Below the pieces are notes generated by a model that saw only the letters and a program-made list of their open reading frames with translations, was not told where the DNA came from and ran no database searches. Shown in pieces: positions 25,908-39,732 of a stretch of DNA of 64,000 nucleotides (positions are counted from its first letter, which is position 1; every line of letters starts with the position of its first letter). The translations under genes were made by a program, and so were the position numbers. The stretch is from positions 24,594,299-24,658,298 of the forward strand of contig NC_134025.1 of assembly GCF_964204645.1 (NCBI RefSeq). The letters are read 5' to 3'. The stretch comes from Tubulanus polymorphus (Eukaryota > Animalia > Nemertea).

Positions 25908-26383
25908 AATATTCAAGTCATATTCCTATTCATTCGAAAAACAAACATGGTCAATCTAACAAGAATCATAATGAATTTCGTGATTCAATAAATACAGGAA
26001 TGATGAATGAATGAAAATATACTCCACTTGGCCCAGCAGAATATTGTTTTGCGTAGGTATTATACCAATATATCCCTCATGTTCTATCATAGAATAGACT
26101 CAGATTGAAATAGCAAGCCTGTCATCCTCAAGAACATATATCATCGAGATGACCATGGCTTTGTAAATAATCCTATATACATGTATATCAATACTTACTA
26201 TCCTGGTCTAAGGATAAATATAGCTGCTACCTTTGTTTATCTAATGAAATGATTGCCAAGTTTGAAACACCATACTGATATTGGATTATTGAAAAACATG
26301 ATGATAATTGTTTCTCTTCTGCAACTGACTTTCCACCAAGATATCTGTAAGTCCCAAATCACCAGACACCAACATTCACCATT

Positions 26384-26508
26384 CGGGATCATTCATTTAT
26401 TACGTACGCATTAGGGGAGGGGGAGGGGTCAGTGCAATTGCGTACCGTAATGCTTAAAGTATATGAAAAAGTCCAATTTCATGCGTACGTAATAAATGAA
26501 TGATCCCG
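26384..26508. mobile_element. 125-bp MITE with perfect 28-bp TIRs
   Basis: CGGGATCATTCATTTATTACGTACGCAT ... ATGCGTACGTAATAAATGAATGATCCCG, with an internal G-rich run. No clean TSD. Confidence 0.85.
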
Positions 26509-28989
26509 TCAAACAAACAGCATAACAACAAGAAAATGTTGGGCTTTACAAATTTATTCAGCCTCAAATTATATACATGTATACACATAAATACACATAT
26601 TATGATTTGTTCTATTTGTCATTCATTTACCTTAATTCTTCACTTAGTAAACCGTAAAGCACCGCAGATTCTGTGTGTATGTGTCTGTGTGTGGTGCATG
26701 TGCGCAGCTCCTATTTACAATATTTACTGATGCAATTTCATGGTATTTTACAAATTAAATACATCATTTCTTCAAAATTTACAAGTCAAATAATGGTCGA
26801 GGTAGTCCCATTTTAAAAACAAAATCAGCCCAACATTGTTTTATTATTTTTCACACTTTCAGTTGAACTCATTAAAAAAACTTATACAGGAACTATCAAT
26901 ACAACCACTTTGCTTGAGCACGAGACCAAAATAACACACATATTAACCATCATGCAGCATTCAACGGGGTAGGGGCATTTCAAAGTCTACTTATTTACAT
27001 TTTTACAAACTACAAGACACAATCATATACAAGTCACTAAAACAAATTCAGCCCTGCAGCCTTTTAAAGTAGTGTCTACCAATATACTACCGCAATATTT
27101 TTTCATGGTGTTCTATAAAAATAATAATACACGTAGCTCATAATGTGTTCTGCGGTGTGTATTCAAATAAAATATCACAAAATCCCTTCCCAACCTTCAT
27201 CAACACGTTTCACTGCTACGGTAGTTATTTGTGCATATTTTACGAAAACTGTTTTTTTTTTCAACATCAGTCGATACGGTACAATTTTTAAAAGATTTGC
27301 ATCATTGCAGACAACTTTTATGTTTATATACATAGTAATGATGATATTATTCATATAATTTATTATACATAACTGCATAAAACATTTCTATTGGTATTTT
27401 TCAACGCATTCAACCAAGTAAAATCTGCCTGTGCTGCCAATGACACGAGATGAGATAGAGGTTCCCAAAACTTTTCACATCAAAATATTTTGTCATCAGA
27501 TGACTGTTTAACAGCTTTCAAACCATTTTTTGAGGAACTCGAACTCTATCGCCATTTACAGTATACCATTGCATTCAAGCAATTCAAATGAGCTTAATTA
27601 ATCAATAATTTGATGTCCCAAGACATATTTTCATGAGAACAAACATTACATAATATAGCCTTCAATGTATATGTATCATATTTCTTAATATATATCTATT
27701 TTGGCACACACTATAAACATCTATAGTTACTCAATCTAATAAGCAAACGATTTATTGTGTTTGACAATTGAAGATAAAAGTTTTACCTCTATAGAGTCAA
27801 CCAATAACTGTAGTCTTCTAATCAGAGACTTGATGATTAACAGCTGTGAAAATGTTTTATTCAAATTTTCAATTTTCAAATGGTTTTCATCCGCAGTAAT
27901 ATCAAGCACGTATGTGACGCTGTATATTATTGTTGCAAATTCAGATTCTGATCCTTTTGATATAAAATATACAACTATAAATTCTTCTATGTTTAATCAA
28001 AGCACCCAACAATTCTGGTCGAGACATATGGCCTCAAAAATGTATAAAATACACACATTTCTAGTTTGTTTATGCAAAGAATATGCCAGTTATGAATTCT
28101 AATACATATTACTTCATATATAAAGAAAAAACATTTGTAGAGGGGCAATGCTTTAGGCAGGTAGTTAAATGATTTCTACTTTAATTACACGCGCTGACTT
28201 CAACTTGGTTAATAAGAAAGCTCATGAGATTGCTGAGGCGACAGTCATCATTTCACGTGACAATATTGTGGAAATAGCTTGCAATAACGATGGATGGACG
28301 GACAGTGCAATTACTGCAGTTTAAGCAGCAGCCATTAAATTCAAAATATGAATTAGTACCGTGCACTTAGGTGGGATTAATCAAAGTACCAAACTCTCAT
28401 GTTTAACGGTCAGTTCCGCATGCACGTACATTACACAGATAAGAATTTAATCCAATTTCTTTCCACTGAACGAATTTCAGTTGAAATCTGCCAGCTAAAA
28501 TGTAATTTTTCCTTAAAATACTGCATTTTCCTGTATTCTCCCGGGTTTCTGACATCCCGCATCAATTAGTTTAAAAAAAAAAAATAGTTAACACATTTAA
28601 GGAGCCTTATTTTCAACACCAGTAGGAACTACAGAACCTATGGTTTCAAAAACAGGCCAGGCGCAAAGAATCATCCCATGAGGATTGAATTTCAGTCAGT
28701 GTTTATGAATCAAACATTCATTAATAAGTGGAGCAGGGAAAAAATATGCTACCTCAAGAATTCTACGTAGATAGAAACTTTTCGCATACGTATATACAGT
28801 CTGTACAAAAGTTTACTTCACTCCGTCTCACATCTTCTGAAGTCTTCTCGAGATGGCATCATCTGAAGCGTTGAAGCAACGACGCGCTGTTGTTGCCTGC
28901 CTAGTAGTGTCATTATTATAAATAATTATCACAACGTCCGGAATGAGCTACCATAAACATATAAATAATCCTAAAATTGTCATATGTCC

Positions 28990-31900
28990 TCAAACTGGAC
29001 CATTCTGTGATGTACTCGATTCAGCGCTTTCTACTTCATTGACTAACACTTGTGGTTCGGTAATACCATGACTGAAGTATATATTTAGAACATTTTTTTC
29101 TACAATTTAAAGAATTTTTACACCATTTTGTTGGTAGCCAATATTGCTTTTTAAAGTTACCTTTTTTCATCGAATTCTTGTAATTCAGTTGGTCCATTTG
29201 TGTCTGGAAGGCTACTAGGTGCTTTCATCAAACCGCTTGAGCTTAGAAATCTACAAAGACACAAACGTATATTTCCTAAATATTTGATCGATAATCATCA
29301 ATCACTTCTCCTTTTGAGAAAAGAATTTGAAGGGGAACTTATAGATGAGTCTAGAAGGTACCGCTCCTAAATGTTTGCAAGACATGAGATATGCAATGAT
29401 GGAATTCAGGTTTATTTCACAGATCAACATTCCGGTACCACTTGAATGCAATTCAGATATGATTTTGATATCATTTGACACAAGGATTTTATAGATTTGT
29501 TTAACTAATATAAGCCAGTTACTAAAGAATTATCTGCTTTCACCAGTTGAGTGCATAAAAATAATTCCTAACAATCATTTATGACTGTGCAGGGTTACTT
29601 CTTGACACACTGATCTGTATTTCCATGCAATTAAGGTACCAGGCATGCAATCAGTGGAACACTTACGTGACAAAAATTCTCATGCAGGTTTACATAATTA
29701 TAGTGCCGCTTAAATTCCTCGAACTAACTACATGGAGTCTTTTTGTATGCAATTAGTACATAGGTTTTCTAAGCTCGGGAAAAGCACATTTCGTCAAACT
29801 CTTGGCCACTGTTGAGTCTGACCAACGCCAAGAAAATGTTTCGCTACACGATTGCAATCCAGAAAGACTAGCAGTAACCATATAACTTCTAACTTATAAA
29901 TAAACCAATTAGGCATGCACTTATTCTACACCACCCTGTACTGAAAGCAAAACGAAAATAACGCCCCATGATGTTAATCCCTGCCCGTCAACCGAACTTA
30001 ATATATGAACATGAACGCATAAAAACTAGAACAAAACTAACATAAAACAGCACAAAATGATACAAAACAATAAGGCTGCCCGATCATTAAAATTCAAACA
30101 CAACTCACTGAAAATTACTAGTGAGCTCATCCTCATCCCATTCGTCATCTAAGTTAGATGATGGACTAAAAATAAAGCACACATCAAACGAATTAGAAAA
30201 GAACTCTTGTGTGTAAGATACAGTGATTTCATAACCTAATAGAACACTAGATTTCATAACCTAATAGAACAGTTTATATGACGATTCTGATTTCAATGGT
30301 AAAACAATATACATCCAGGTCTATAGCAACCAGTGTCGTGTTGATCTGAAGAAGCAATCTCACAAATTCATAATGTGATAGCTTCACTATGAAAGCATAT
30401 CATTGCTACATCCACGAGTACAGCTTACCGGTAAGAGTGCTAGTACATTGGTTTGGTGTAGATGATGAGCGCATAGATCAGTGACTGAGAAATCGTTTTT
30501 TGATTAGAATATTGATTGTAGATGTGTGAAAAAGCTAGTGAGAAGACAACCAACACAAACCATTTTGTATCACATTTAATGATCAAACGCATTTACCCAG
30601 AACAAACATACAAATAATTATCATATGCACATGAAGAATAAAATGTGAAATGATCTCCCATTTTTGAGCTGAATACAAATAGACGTTTTTAAAGTTTTGT
30701 AAATACATGTAGAAAAGGGATTTATAATGTGAAGTGATTGCAGGGTTCAATTCAAATCCACTTTTCCAGTTTTTTCCTTCAATCTAACCCAAAGAGAGTG
30801 AGAAATGATTCATTAAGAGTATATAAGAAATAGAATCAGTTGATGTTATGCTGGAATATTTTTAAGATGCTCTTACTTTGTATTATTCTCATCATTTTGT
30901 GAGTGTAACGCGTCATTTTCTGTCGATTGAGCCGTGCTAGCCGCCTTTTCTGATGAGGATGCATCCGCCGACGATTGTGATGGTTTCGATGGTGATTCCA
31001 CAGCAGGCTTATCATCAGAGTTGATGGCACTGGAGGCTACGGAAGCTTCGGGATCGGAAGGAAGGCTGAAAAGATCGATATTCGTCGATAGTAGATTATG
31101 AGTATTTCTCCGAGGATATGAATGATATTAATTGGCAGAGAAATAAGAAATTACTGACGTACTACAAATATGAATACAAACCTTGCATTATCGTTTTCAA
31201 GCATACTACTATTTGGGCCCTTTTCATCTGATTTACAGCTCGAAATTTCATTATCCACAGCTGAAAACAAATTGGATTCATCGTCTCTTTATTCAGTATA
31301 GATATGGATTTGGTCATCCTCCCCCAACAGGGATTCGAACCTGACGAAACCCTGCCATAATCGACCGTGTGCGCAGATACATGCGCAGTTCAGATGATGT
31401 GATTTTTAGCCAATCAGAAATCCCGTTTTATTTTAGCCCAGGTTTTCCCATTTATAGTTCTTCCTTGAAATTTGCCTCAACGATTATACAACGAGCAATC
31501 TGATTGGTGCCGCCAGTTTTCGTTCGGAAAGCTGCGCATGTACCTGCGCACCCGGTCTACTGATGCAGGGGTTTCGTGCCGTGGCTGAGTGTAGCGATGC
31601 CATCAGGTTCGAGTCCCTGCAGAGGGAGGATGGGATTTGGTATCATGACAAAAATCTTAAATGACTGACCGTATGCAGCAGTACGACTATTTACAGCAGT
31701 AGAAATAGACATATCACTCGAAGTACTAGGATTCGTATCCATTGTTGTAAATACTGTGTTGTCACTGCTGAAATAGAGAGTTTAAACGCTTACAATAATA
31801 CATTTTACTACAATACACTACCAGGGTCCCCTACAAAACATTCATTACAGGATATAAGGAGTTTTCAAGGAGTTTCAAAGGAGAAAATTTTAAGGAAGCG

Positions 31901-34900
31901 CCTGCATCAAGTCTGAATTACAGTACACTCCTCCTCAGTACTGTTCATCACGGTAAACCGTTAATTCAATGGTTTTATAGGGAAATTTCCATCCTTTACA
32001 AGTAAACTTGCTTTCTTATTCGCTAACCACCTAATTGGGTAAAAACATATCCTGGTCCCAACTGTACGAATTTAGGTTTAGTCTAATGAAAAATTTCTAA
32101 TTGCCTATTTCTCTAAATTGAAGGAGTTTTAAAGGAATCTTGTGCATTTTGCTCAAATCAAAGGAGTTTCTTACACCTTTAAAAGCATTTTCTGTTTAGA
32201 ATGAGTTTTTAAGGAGTCAAGGATGTGTAGGGACCCTGATTACTAAAATATATGACATCGTCCAGTGTAATAAATATGTAATTAAAATCCCTGATTACCT
32301 ATTGTCGAAAACATTTGAGGTAAAATCCGCCCAGCGTTCTTCCGATGCTTGCTGTTGACCAGCATTTGGATTATTATTATCTGAAAATGCTGCCCAGCCT
32401 CCATCAGTAGACGCTGGTGCTGTCGAAGATGCTCCCGATTCCCAAGCAAGCGGCGCTGTATCCATAGCCACAGGAACACTCTCCATGGCCACGTCATCTA
32501 ATTCATCTGGCCACGCTGAAATTGAATGCAATCATCATGATGACTGATTGGTTAGCAAATAGATGGTGAAATTAATTTTCTATTTATGCAGCCAACGCAC
32601 CATCTCCCTGGTCCACTTCCATTTTCTGTTCTCGTGAAGGGGTCTGCCGAATAATAGCAGGTGAATCTAAATCCTCTTCATCTGAACTACTTTCTTCCTC
32701 TTCGCTGTCTTTGTCACCAGTTGAAGCACTGAAAAAAAAGTTGGACCATCGTAGATCGATCGTAGACATCTTTGTTCTAAATATAGGAATTTGTTCTTAA
32801 CAGACACTACTACTTTTGTTTAATTCTGGAAAAAACTCACAATGGTTTAGGATGAGCAATGCCCTGAGAAAATTTGAAGTCTTTTTCCTTATCTTCCCAA
32901 ATATCTTCATCACTGTCAGCATCATCGAACTGTTGTATACGCTGATTACACACTTGGTCAAACATTGCCGCACTAGCCTACAATAGAGGAAATATTCATT
33001 TCCACCAGGATTCAATGAAGGAAAACACAACAATTTCAGGAAAATGCTAGATTCATCAATACAGGATATCCAGACTACATCCAATACTTACAGACTCTTC
33101 ATTCGTTATTATCGAGAAATCAATACTGGATATACGGTCCGTAAAAGGTGCTCTGAAATTTATTCACGTAAAAATACATTAATTACACACAAAAATTCGA
33201 CGAGAAAAACGTTTCAATGCTGAACTGTGCTACTAACTCGATGTGTTCTTCTTGGTCGGCGAATTCGTGTTCGTTAAAACCGATCTGTTCAGAAAAACTG
33301 CTTGTCATTTGTTGAAGCACATAATCAGAGAATGCCTGTGCGACGAATTTCAAAAATAAAAACATACGTTTGTGGTTACACCACCGCACGTATTCTCGGT
33401 ATATTTGATCACTTAGTGCATCGTTAATACGATATGTACATATCTTATTCAAATCCGAGAGGCAAGAGGAGTTATCTGCTTAAATATCTAATCAGTGAGA
33501 AGATAGGATTTTGAACATTTTTATCTAGAAGTTTTTTTTTTCTATTTTACCTGTTGCAATGCATTGTCTTGTGGGAATGGTATATCCCGGTATCCGATGT
33601 CATCATCTTCATTACTGGACGGCAAGTTATGGCCACCAACCTGCAAAATTTATTAAGAAATTCAATATGGCATTACGGAATTTGATGATTGAACCACAAA
33701 ACACGTCTCCAATTTGCGATTAAACTATTCCCAACAAAGACAACAGAAAAACAGGGGCGATAAAATAATATAGCACATATAGTATGAACATTTCACGCTT
33801 TGGATAACAAATATATTGTAGTATTGGTGCCGGCGCAAAATAATCTAAACTAAATAGTTTTAATGAAAAACATCTTAATCAGCAGATAAAAAAACTTTCA
33901 TCAACACCTGTTATAGTCCATATAGGCAAACAGGCTTACACGGGAAGAAATCTTTCTTTCGTTTAACTTTTGTTATAACGGAAAGTAAAATGAAAATCGA
34001 TCGAACAAACATTCATCAACAATAGGTACACAGATCGCTACTAGGCTAAGAAATTTAGAACAATGATACATAAGAAGAAATAATGAGAAGACAGATATAT
34101 GCGATTGAAATTAGCTCCAAATCGTACAAAAAACATAGTATCAAATAAAGAAGCAGATGACCTATCCCATCAGCCAAATCCATGCTACTTACTGATGCCA
34201 AATATACCGGTCCATAATGTAGTTCCTTCAGGAATGTAAAGTGAATATGACAGGTGTTTTGAATGACTTTTTACACTGAATTATACGTTGGTATTGAAAG
34301 TTATTGCATTACAATTATTGCTTCAGTGAGAATAATTGGGTATCCAAAAGTAATGCATCCTTGGATATATTTGAGGAGACGGCTCTACTATTCAGTGATT
34401 TTTCATCAAATGATATTTTACTATCTGTCCATTTTGTGCGGATTTCTAAGGAGTGCAAACACAAACTAAACGATAGCACAATTTTCGAACGACACTTCGA
34501 ATTAATGACGATAGACATTCAATCAACAGCTCATCGAGTGAAGATAGTTCATACAGAGTGCAGCGGATTCACGAGGGATTAATAATTCAGAGCATTGAGA
34601 CAATTTGAACATTACTAAAAAGCTGATTGTGCATCCAGACCATCATACAGAGGAGTATTAGGAGTTGTTACTCAAGCTTCAAGAATATCTTTCAAGAGGA
34701 CTTAGAAGACATTCATACATTCATTCAATTACCAGTACACACTTACTGGGTCGGCCGTATTGGTTTTATTAACTTCCGTTAAAGTGGTTGCAGTGAATGA
34801 TTCCCATCGACTCTTATAATCACCAGGTAATGCTGCAATACAGATTTCACTTCATGCAATTATTCAAGCATTTCAAAACAAACGTTTACAATTGAGAATA

Positions 34901-37900
34901 CATTTTCAAAGTTTCCCCATAATAAACATAGGCCTACATACATACATTGTATAAAGCTTCTACCAATATTCAAACATTCAAATATTTGATAAGAATGCTT
35001 ACCCTCGATGTACCCCACTATTCTGTTACTATTGGGACCTTTCTCCATAGCTTCAACTATTTCATTACAGATTTTCGTCACATGGCCCATATAACCTCGT
35101 CTATGGCCTCCAGGACGCGCCCTGATGGTAAGTAAACAAAATGAAAATTGTTGAGTCGATTTAGACATATAGTTCTCAGCATACAAAATCACTCACTGGA
35201 TTATGGTTTATCTCAAATTTAAGCATGATGGAGTGATAGAATTTCTACTCACTGTATTTCATCATTGTCATCCCAACTATCGAGTAACTTTTGAATTAGG
35301 CTGCAATCCACGAACAACTGAAAATACAAGGAACAGCGCGCCGTTGAAATACATTATCTATCACCTTAAATTACCTAGCATTGTTTTAACGATTTTTTAA
35401 ATTCATTATATTTTTTACCTGTTGCAGTAATACAGGTTTATCCTGGCCTTCCGGTTCACATGAGAATATAGACGTGATCAAATGCACTACCTGAGTGTGT
35501 AGAAAGTTATTCCAGCTATATTTGAAATACAGATCCTGAAAAATGAATCACGACATCAAGTTATCCACTATCTATGAAAAAAAGAAATCAGCCAGCCTGG
35601 GTTACGTCCACTTACTAGTATAACGGATAGAGTTCCATGTTTGGCAAGTTCTTCATGCACAGGATGACTATTTGTATGAACTATAGAATCGATTACACGC
35701 ACTATTTGTAAACGTGTATTACCGAGTGGAGGTTCTAAAATTCCTAGCGTCGTCGGCATAGAATTGAAAAATTGCTGAAAGGAAAGTTCAAGATACTCAG
35801 GTTTTTCCCAGTCCTCAGGAGAGTCATGTCAACATGTCAAGTAACAACAGGTCTAGATTACTGAATAGCACTAAGACATTATCGGTACTCGACAAAATGA
35901 ATCTAATTTTCAGTCATAATTTCAATGTATAAATCTTTGCCGAAATAGATCTTAAGATTTTTCCTACACGTTTACCATTTGTTTGTTTACTTTCAATGTA
36001 TTTTGCAAGCCTTATAATACACTGGCTTGTTCATATACAAGATGAAATTCAAACAAAAACATAAACATGTAGTTTAAAATTAAAAAATAACCAAGGTCAT
36101 TAAGATTTTTAAGTACCTTAGGAGGATCAACCAGGACCTGATGCAGGTCACATAATCTAGGACATAAAGACGCTAGTGTTTTATTGATGCTGGCCTGAAG
36201 ACGTTCTTGATCAAGTTCGGACAGCTGTTCGCTACCTTCTGGCCTGAAGCATGGGAACTCCCTGTGATAGAGAGATTAGAGTGTAGATATGGATGTAAGG
36301 ACATGTCGAAACCTCAATCGAAGTAAAAATGCTAGTTCTCACTTACATTGGTTTCTTGAATTCTAATAACGTTTGAAGAACTGATAAACCACTGACTAGT
36401 ACTGATTCAACTTTTTCATTACTGAACATATGACCTAACAACTCTGCAATAACTTCAGATCTGAAATGAAAAATATTGTTTTAGCATGAAATCTTAAAAA
36501 GTCTGTACTTAGCTGCAATGTTCACATACAGTTTAAGCAAAATGATACGTACGATTCAATAGTTTCTAAAAGAGGTTCTGGATCTGCCACTTCTTGTAGT
36601 TGTGACATCAGATCTCTACTGAGCCTGATGACATCACATAAAGCTTGCGACGCATTCACATGTTTCTGAAAATAAAAGGTTCAAACATGAACCAAACACC
36701 ACACTGGCTCACTCCAGTTCATTGTGACATGCTCTCTCAATTTCTTTTAGACGAAATGAAAGTGATACTTACATCTTCAGGATGAATAGGGTTTATTAAT
36801 GCAACTAGTTTTTGAATGAGTTTCTCATTGTTTAACCACTGAAAATATGAATAAACATCATAAACTAGGTTTTCCACAGTACCACAGTACAAGTTGTGAA
36901 AAAATCAAATAAACAAACCATTAATATATTATTTCTGCAAGAATCCTCATCCTCTGGTTGGGTATCAATACATGTAATAAGCCTTAGTAGTAAATCCATA
37001 ATTGCTGATGTGCCTATATGCTTCAGGAGATTTTCTATGAAGTTTTTCTTTGACTTTAGAAATTCAACCATCTAAAATAGAAACATATACCATCATCTAT
37101 ACACGAGAACAGCAATTCATCAGTGACAGTGTATATGATTCAATAATAATTAATACAGTCTGTTTAATTAGAAGAATTAGATGATTACCCAAAGGAGCTA
37201 CAGTTATTACAGGCAATACTAATAAATACTAATTACGAGGGCCCAGTTTCACTAAGCTACTGAACATACTGGTTTCCATAGACTGTAAACAAGTGACTCA
37301 ATTAGATTTTGAAAATGGCTCATACATTTAAGTTGAAACATCAGACTATCTACTAGTATTTCTTGTTAATGTGGGTGTTTCAACTTATGAACATACTGAA
37401 TTGACGAAAAGCAACCAAATAAAATCGAAATTATGATCAGTGAAATCTGCACTATGCTTTTCATAAGCAGAGATACTAAAATGAGTTTCGCTTTAAATGA
37501 ACGAAATGTATTCCCCATTCAAAATGAAGGTATCATATTAAAACCATCTAGATAGATTGAATGTACTCACCCTTTCACTTTTTCTGGTAAGTAATAAGCC
37601 AAACACTTTGCTGACAAAACTAGCCAGCAGTGGATTCAGTGTATGATCTTGTTCCAGAAAACTGTACATCTTATTCAGGAGGTCAGGATTGGTGGATAAG
37701 GCCTCATTCATCTGTTCAATATCAGAGGTCAGCAGTTCGCATGCTGTATTCGGATACCTGAGACAATGAATATACAAATCTTATCAAACTATCGGACAAA
37801 ATGTATCATAAATTTCAATGATTGGTATAGCAGAAATATACAAATATGTAAATTCATGTAATACTAAATAGTATTTCAGAAATGATTTGAAATAAAATTC

Positions 37901-38492
37901 TTAAGATAGTTGGTTAATGTTGTGAACTGTAATACCATTTAAAAAGCCATCAAGCTGTAAATGTTTTCATAACTGAATGAGAAATGTTCAGTAGAACTCA
38001 CTTGAATCTGGTTTGCTCATCACAATCAGCTGGTGGTTCATCGATGATCATTGAAACTAGTTCATTCAGAGTTTCTGTTGTCAGAAGACTGCAAAATTAA
38101 CAACAAAATTTTTCGAATCATTGTCAAATATATGCTCGATGTATTAGTTGAATATATCAAAGTCACTTTTGAGTGAACCATACTGATCAAAAAGACTTAC
38201 ACATCAAGAAGTTTTTGATTTTGTGCTTTGGTTTCTTGAAGTATATCGTCTTCATTCATTAACTCTTGAAGAGTGAAGTCCTGCAAATAAGACCGTCAAT
38301 AAAAATATTACTAAACGATATAAAGTCAAACTTTTCAAAGTATATGGAACGAGTTATGAAATGTTTATTCATTCATTATTCATCATAAACCACTCAAGAA
38401 ATAAAGCAACAATAAAACTTAAAAAAACGTACCTCCTTGTCAAGAACTGTGTCAATATGTGTTGACACCAACGTCGTAAACTTCCAAAACAT
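28990..38492 (-). CDS. PPP6R3: Serine/threonine-protein phosphatase 6 regulatory subunit (SAPS family), about 20 or more coding exons; 5'UTR exon ends at 39733
   Basis: Starts MFWKF...HIDTVLDKE. Contains YPNTACELLTSD, HIGTSAIMDLLLRL, PPLGNTRLQIV, YSWNNFLHTQV, RRGYMGHVTKICN, AFSDYVLQQMTSSF. Ends QNGPV* like vertebrate PPP6R3. Probably co-orthologous to PPP6R1/2/3. Confidence 0.93.
30226..30271. repeat. Tandem duplication with a 24-bp period
   Basis: GATTTCATAACCTAATAGAACA occurs twice, separated by 2 bp. Confidence 0.85.
31315..31632. mobile_element. 318-bp foldback non-autonomous DNA transposon with a 9-bp TSD (Mutator/Merlin-like) and tRNA-like boxes in its TIRs
   Basis: GGATTTGGT is directly repeated at 31306-31314 and 31633-31641. 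Long imperfect TIRs CATCCTCCC...GGGATTCGAACCTGA / TCAGGTTCGAGTCCC...GGGAGGATG. Located in a PPP6R3 intron. Confidence 0.88.
31822..32238 (+). mobile_element. hAT-like MITE (~417 bp) with AAGGAG subterminal repeats, copy 1
   Basis: Termini CAGGGTCCCCTACA ... TGTAGGGACCCTG and repeated AAGGAGTTT motifs at both ends. TSD is degraded. Confidence 0.78.
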
Positions 38493-38814
38493 TGTCTGAA
38501 ATTTATGATATGACAGTCAGAGTGTAAATGCTTAACATACCACTTACTCGTGGACCGGGGACTGCCTAAAAATAGGATTTGGACTGCTATCTGTCATTTG
38601 TCCCTCTCTAATGAGAACTATGATTTGTCTATATAAGCATCAATTTGTACACCGAGACATTACTTAGCATTCCGAAATAAACATTGATTTTACATAAACA
38701 TTCTTTTTGTTATTTTTGTACCCATACTCGCTATATCTAAACCACTGTAAAAGAACTACATTTAGATATACGACAATATATTGATATTATCATTTCAATT
38801 GGACGAATAAAGAT

Positions 38815-38980
38815 AAGGGTTCGGTCCTTAAGGTTGAGACAACGCGTAGGGTAAGGGTTCCTCTTAGGGCCAGGGTAAGGTTTAGTGCTATGTAGTTAAA
38901 ACATTCAGGGGTTTGCAACAAGCATCAGTGGTCTAGTGCAAGATGCTGCCCTAGCGATATGCTGGCCCGGTTCCGAGTGC
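38815..38980 (+). repeat. Degenerate (TT)AGGG-like tract followed by a decayed tRNA/SINE-head-like sequence
   Basis: TAAGGGTT..GTAGGGTAAGGGTT..TTAGGGCCAGGGTAAGGTTTAG, then GCATCAGTGGTCTAGTGCAAGATGCTGCCC...GGCCCGGTTCCGAGT, reminiscent of tRNA A/B boxes. No intact cloverleaf. Confidence 0.3.
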
Positions 38981-39732
38981 TGTTGTTCTATCTATTCCCC
39001 CTATTTTCGTAAATCTAGCCAGTACAGTTCATTTATAGCAGCCTGCATTTTTTTATCTGCGATTGTTTACTTATTTGCAAAATAAAAGCCTGTAGTGTGG
39101 GTGACGCCACATGTGACGTTGTCATTATGGTCCACGGCACAGAAGCCAGTTTTCTAAGTAGGCTATTTAATAGTAATAAAACATGCTGATGAGTGATGGA
39201 CGAAAACAAAAAACTCAAAAATGAATATGCAAATCCATGTTTATTTTTTTAATATGCAAAATTTATCTTTACTGAGCTAACTGAAGCATGACATTGCAGG
39301 CAGATGAAGTGATTCATAACGAAATTTGACAAATTCGTATCAAAATCATGAAGGGAAGGGGAATTAGATTGGTAGGTGGTTGGTAGTGATTGGATTACAA
39401 AACTTCCTCTATGAATATCAATTTAAAGCGCCAGGAAATGGGTGCATGATTAATGAAAACTAAACTGCAATAGGGCCTAGGCCTACTAAGATTAGTTGAG
39501 GAATGCGCACTGAAATTGAAAGATAGGGCTGTGATGATTACGAGGACAAGCGAGTTCCTTCAAAAAACGGAACCGATTCCGGGATCGGGAATGAGAAGAG
39601 AAGGACACGGTCACGGAAGCGAATTGTAATCGTTTGTTTAAAGCTTTTATCAGCAATGACTGGCCTTAATTTCTGGTTCATTTGGTGAAGAACATCACCG
39701 AGAATAAACACTAATTTCATTGCGATACTCAC

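Noticed and set aside
31575-31630. tRNA gene
   Set aside because: There is no anticodon arm or acceptor stem, and the sequence is part of a TSD-flanked inverted repeat.
38922-38980. Functional tRNA-Gly-like gene
   Set aside because: The B-box and stems are degenerate; at most it is a SINE or pseudogene remnant.
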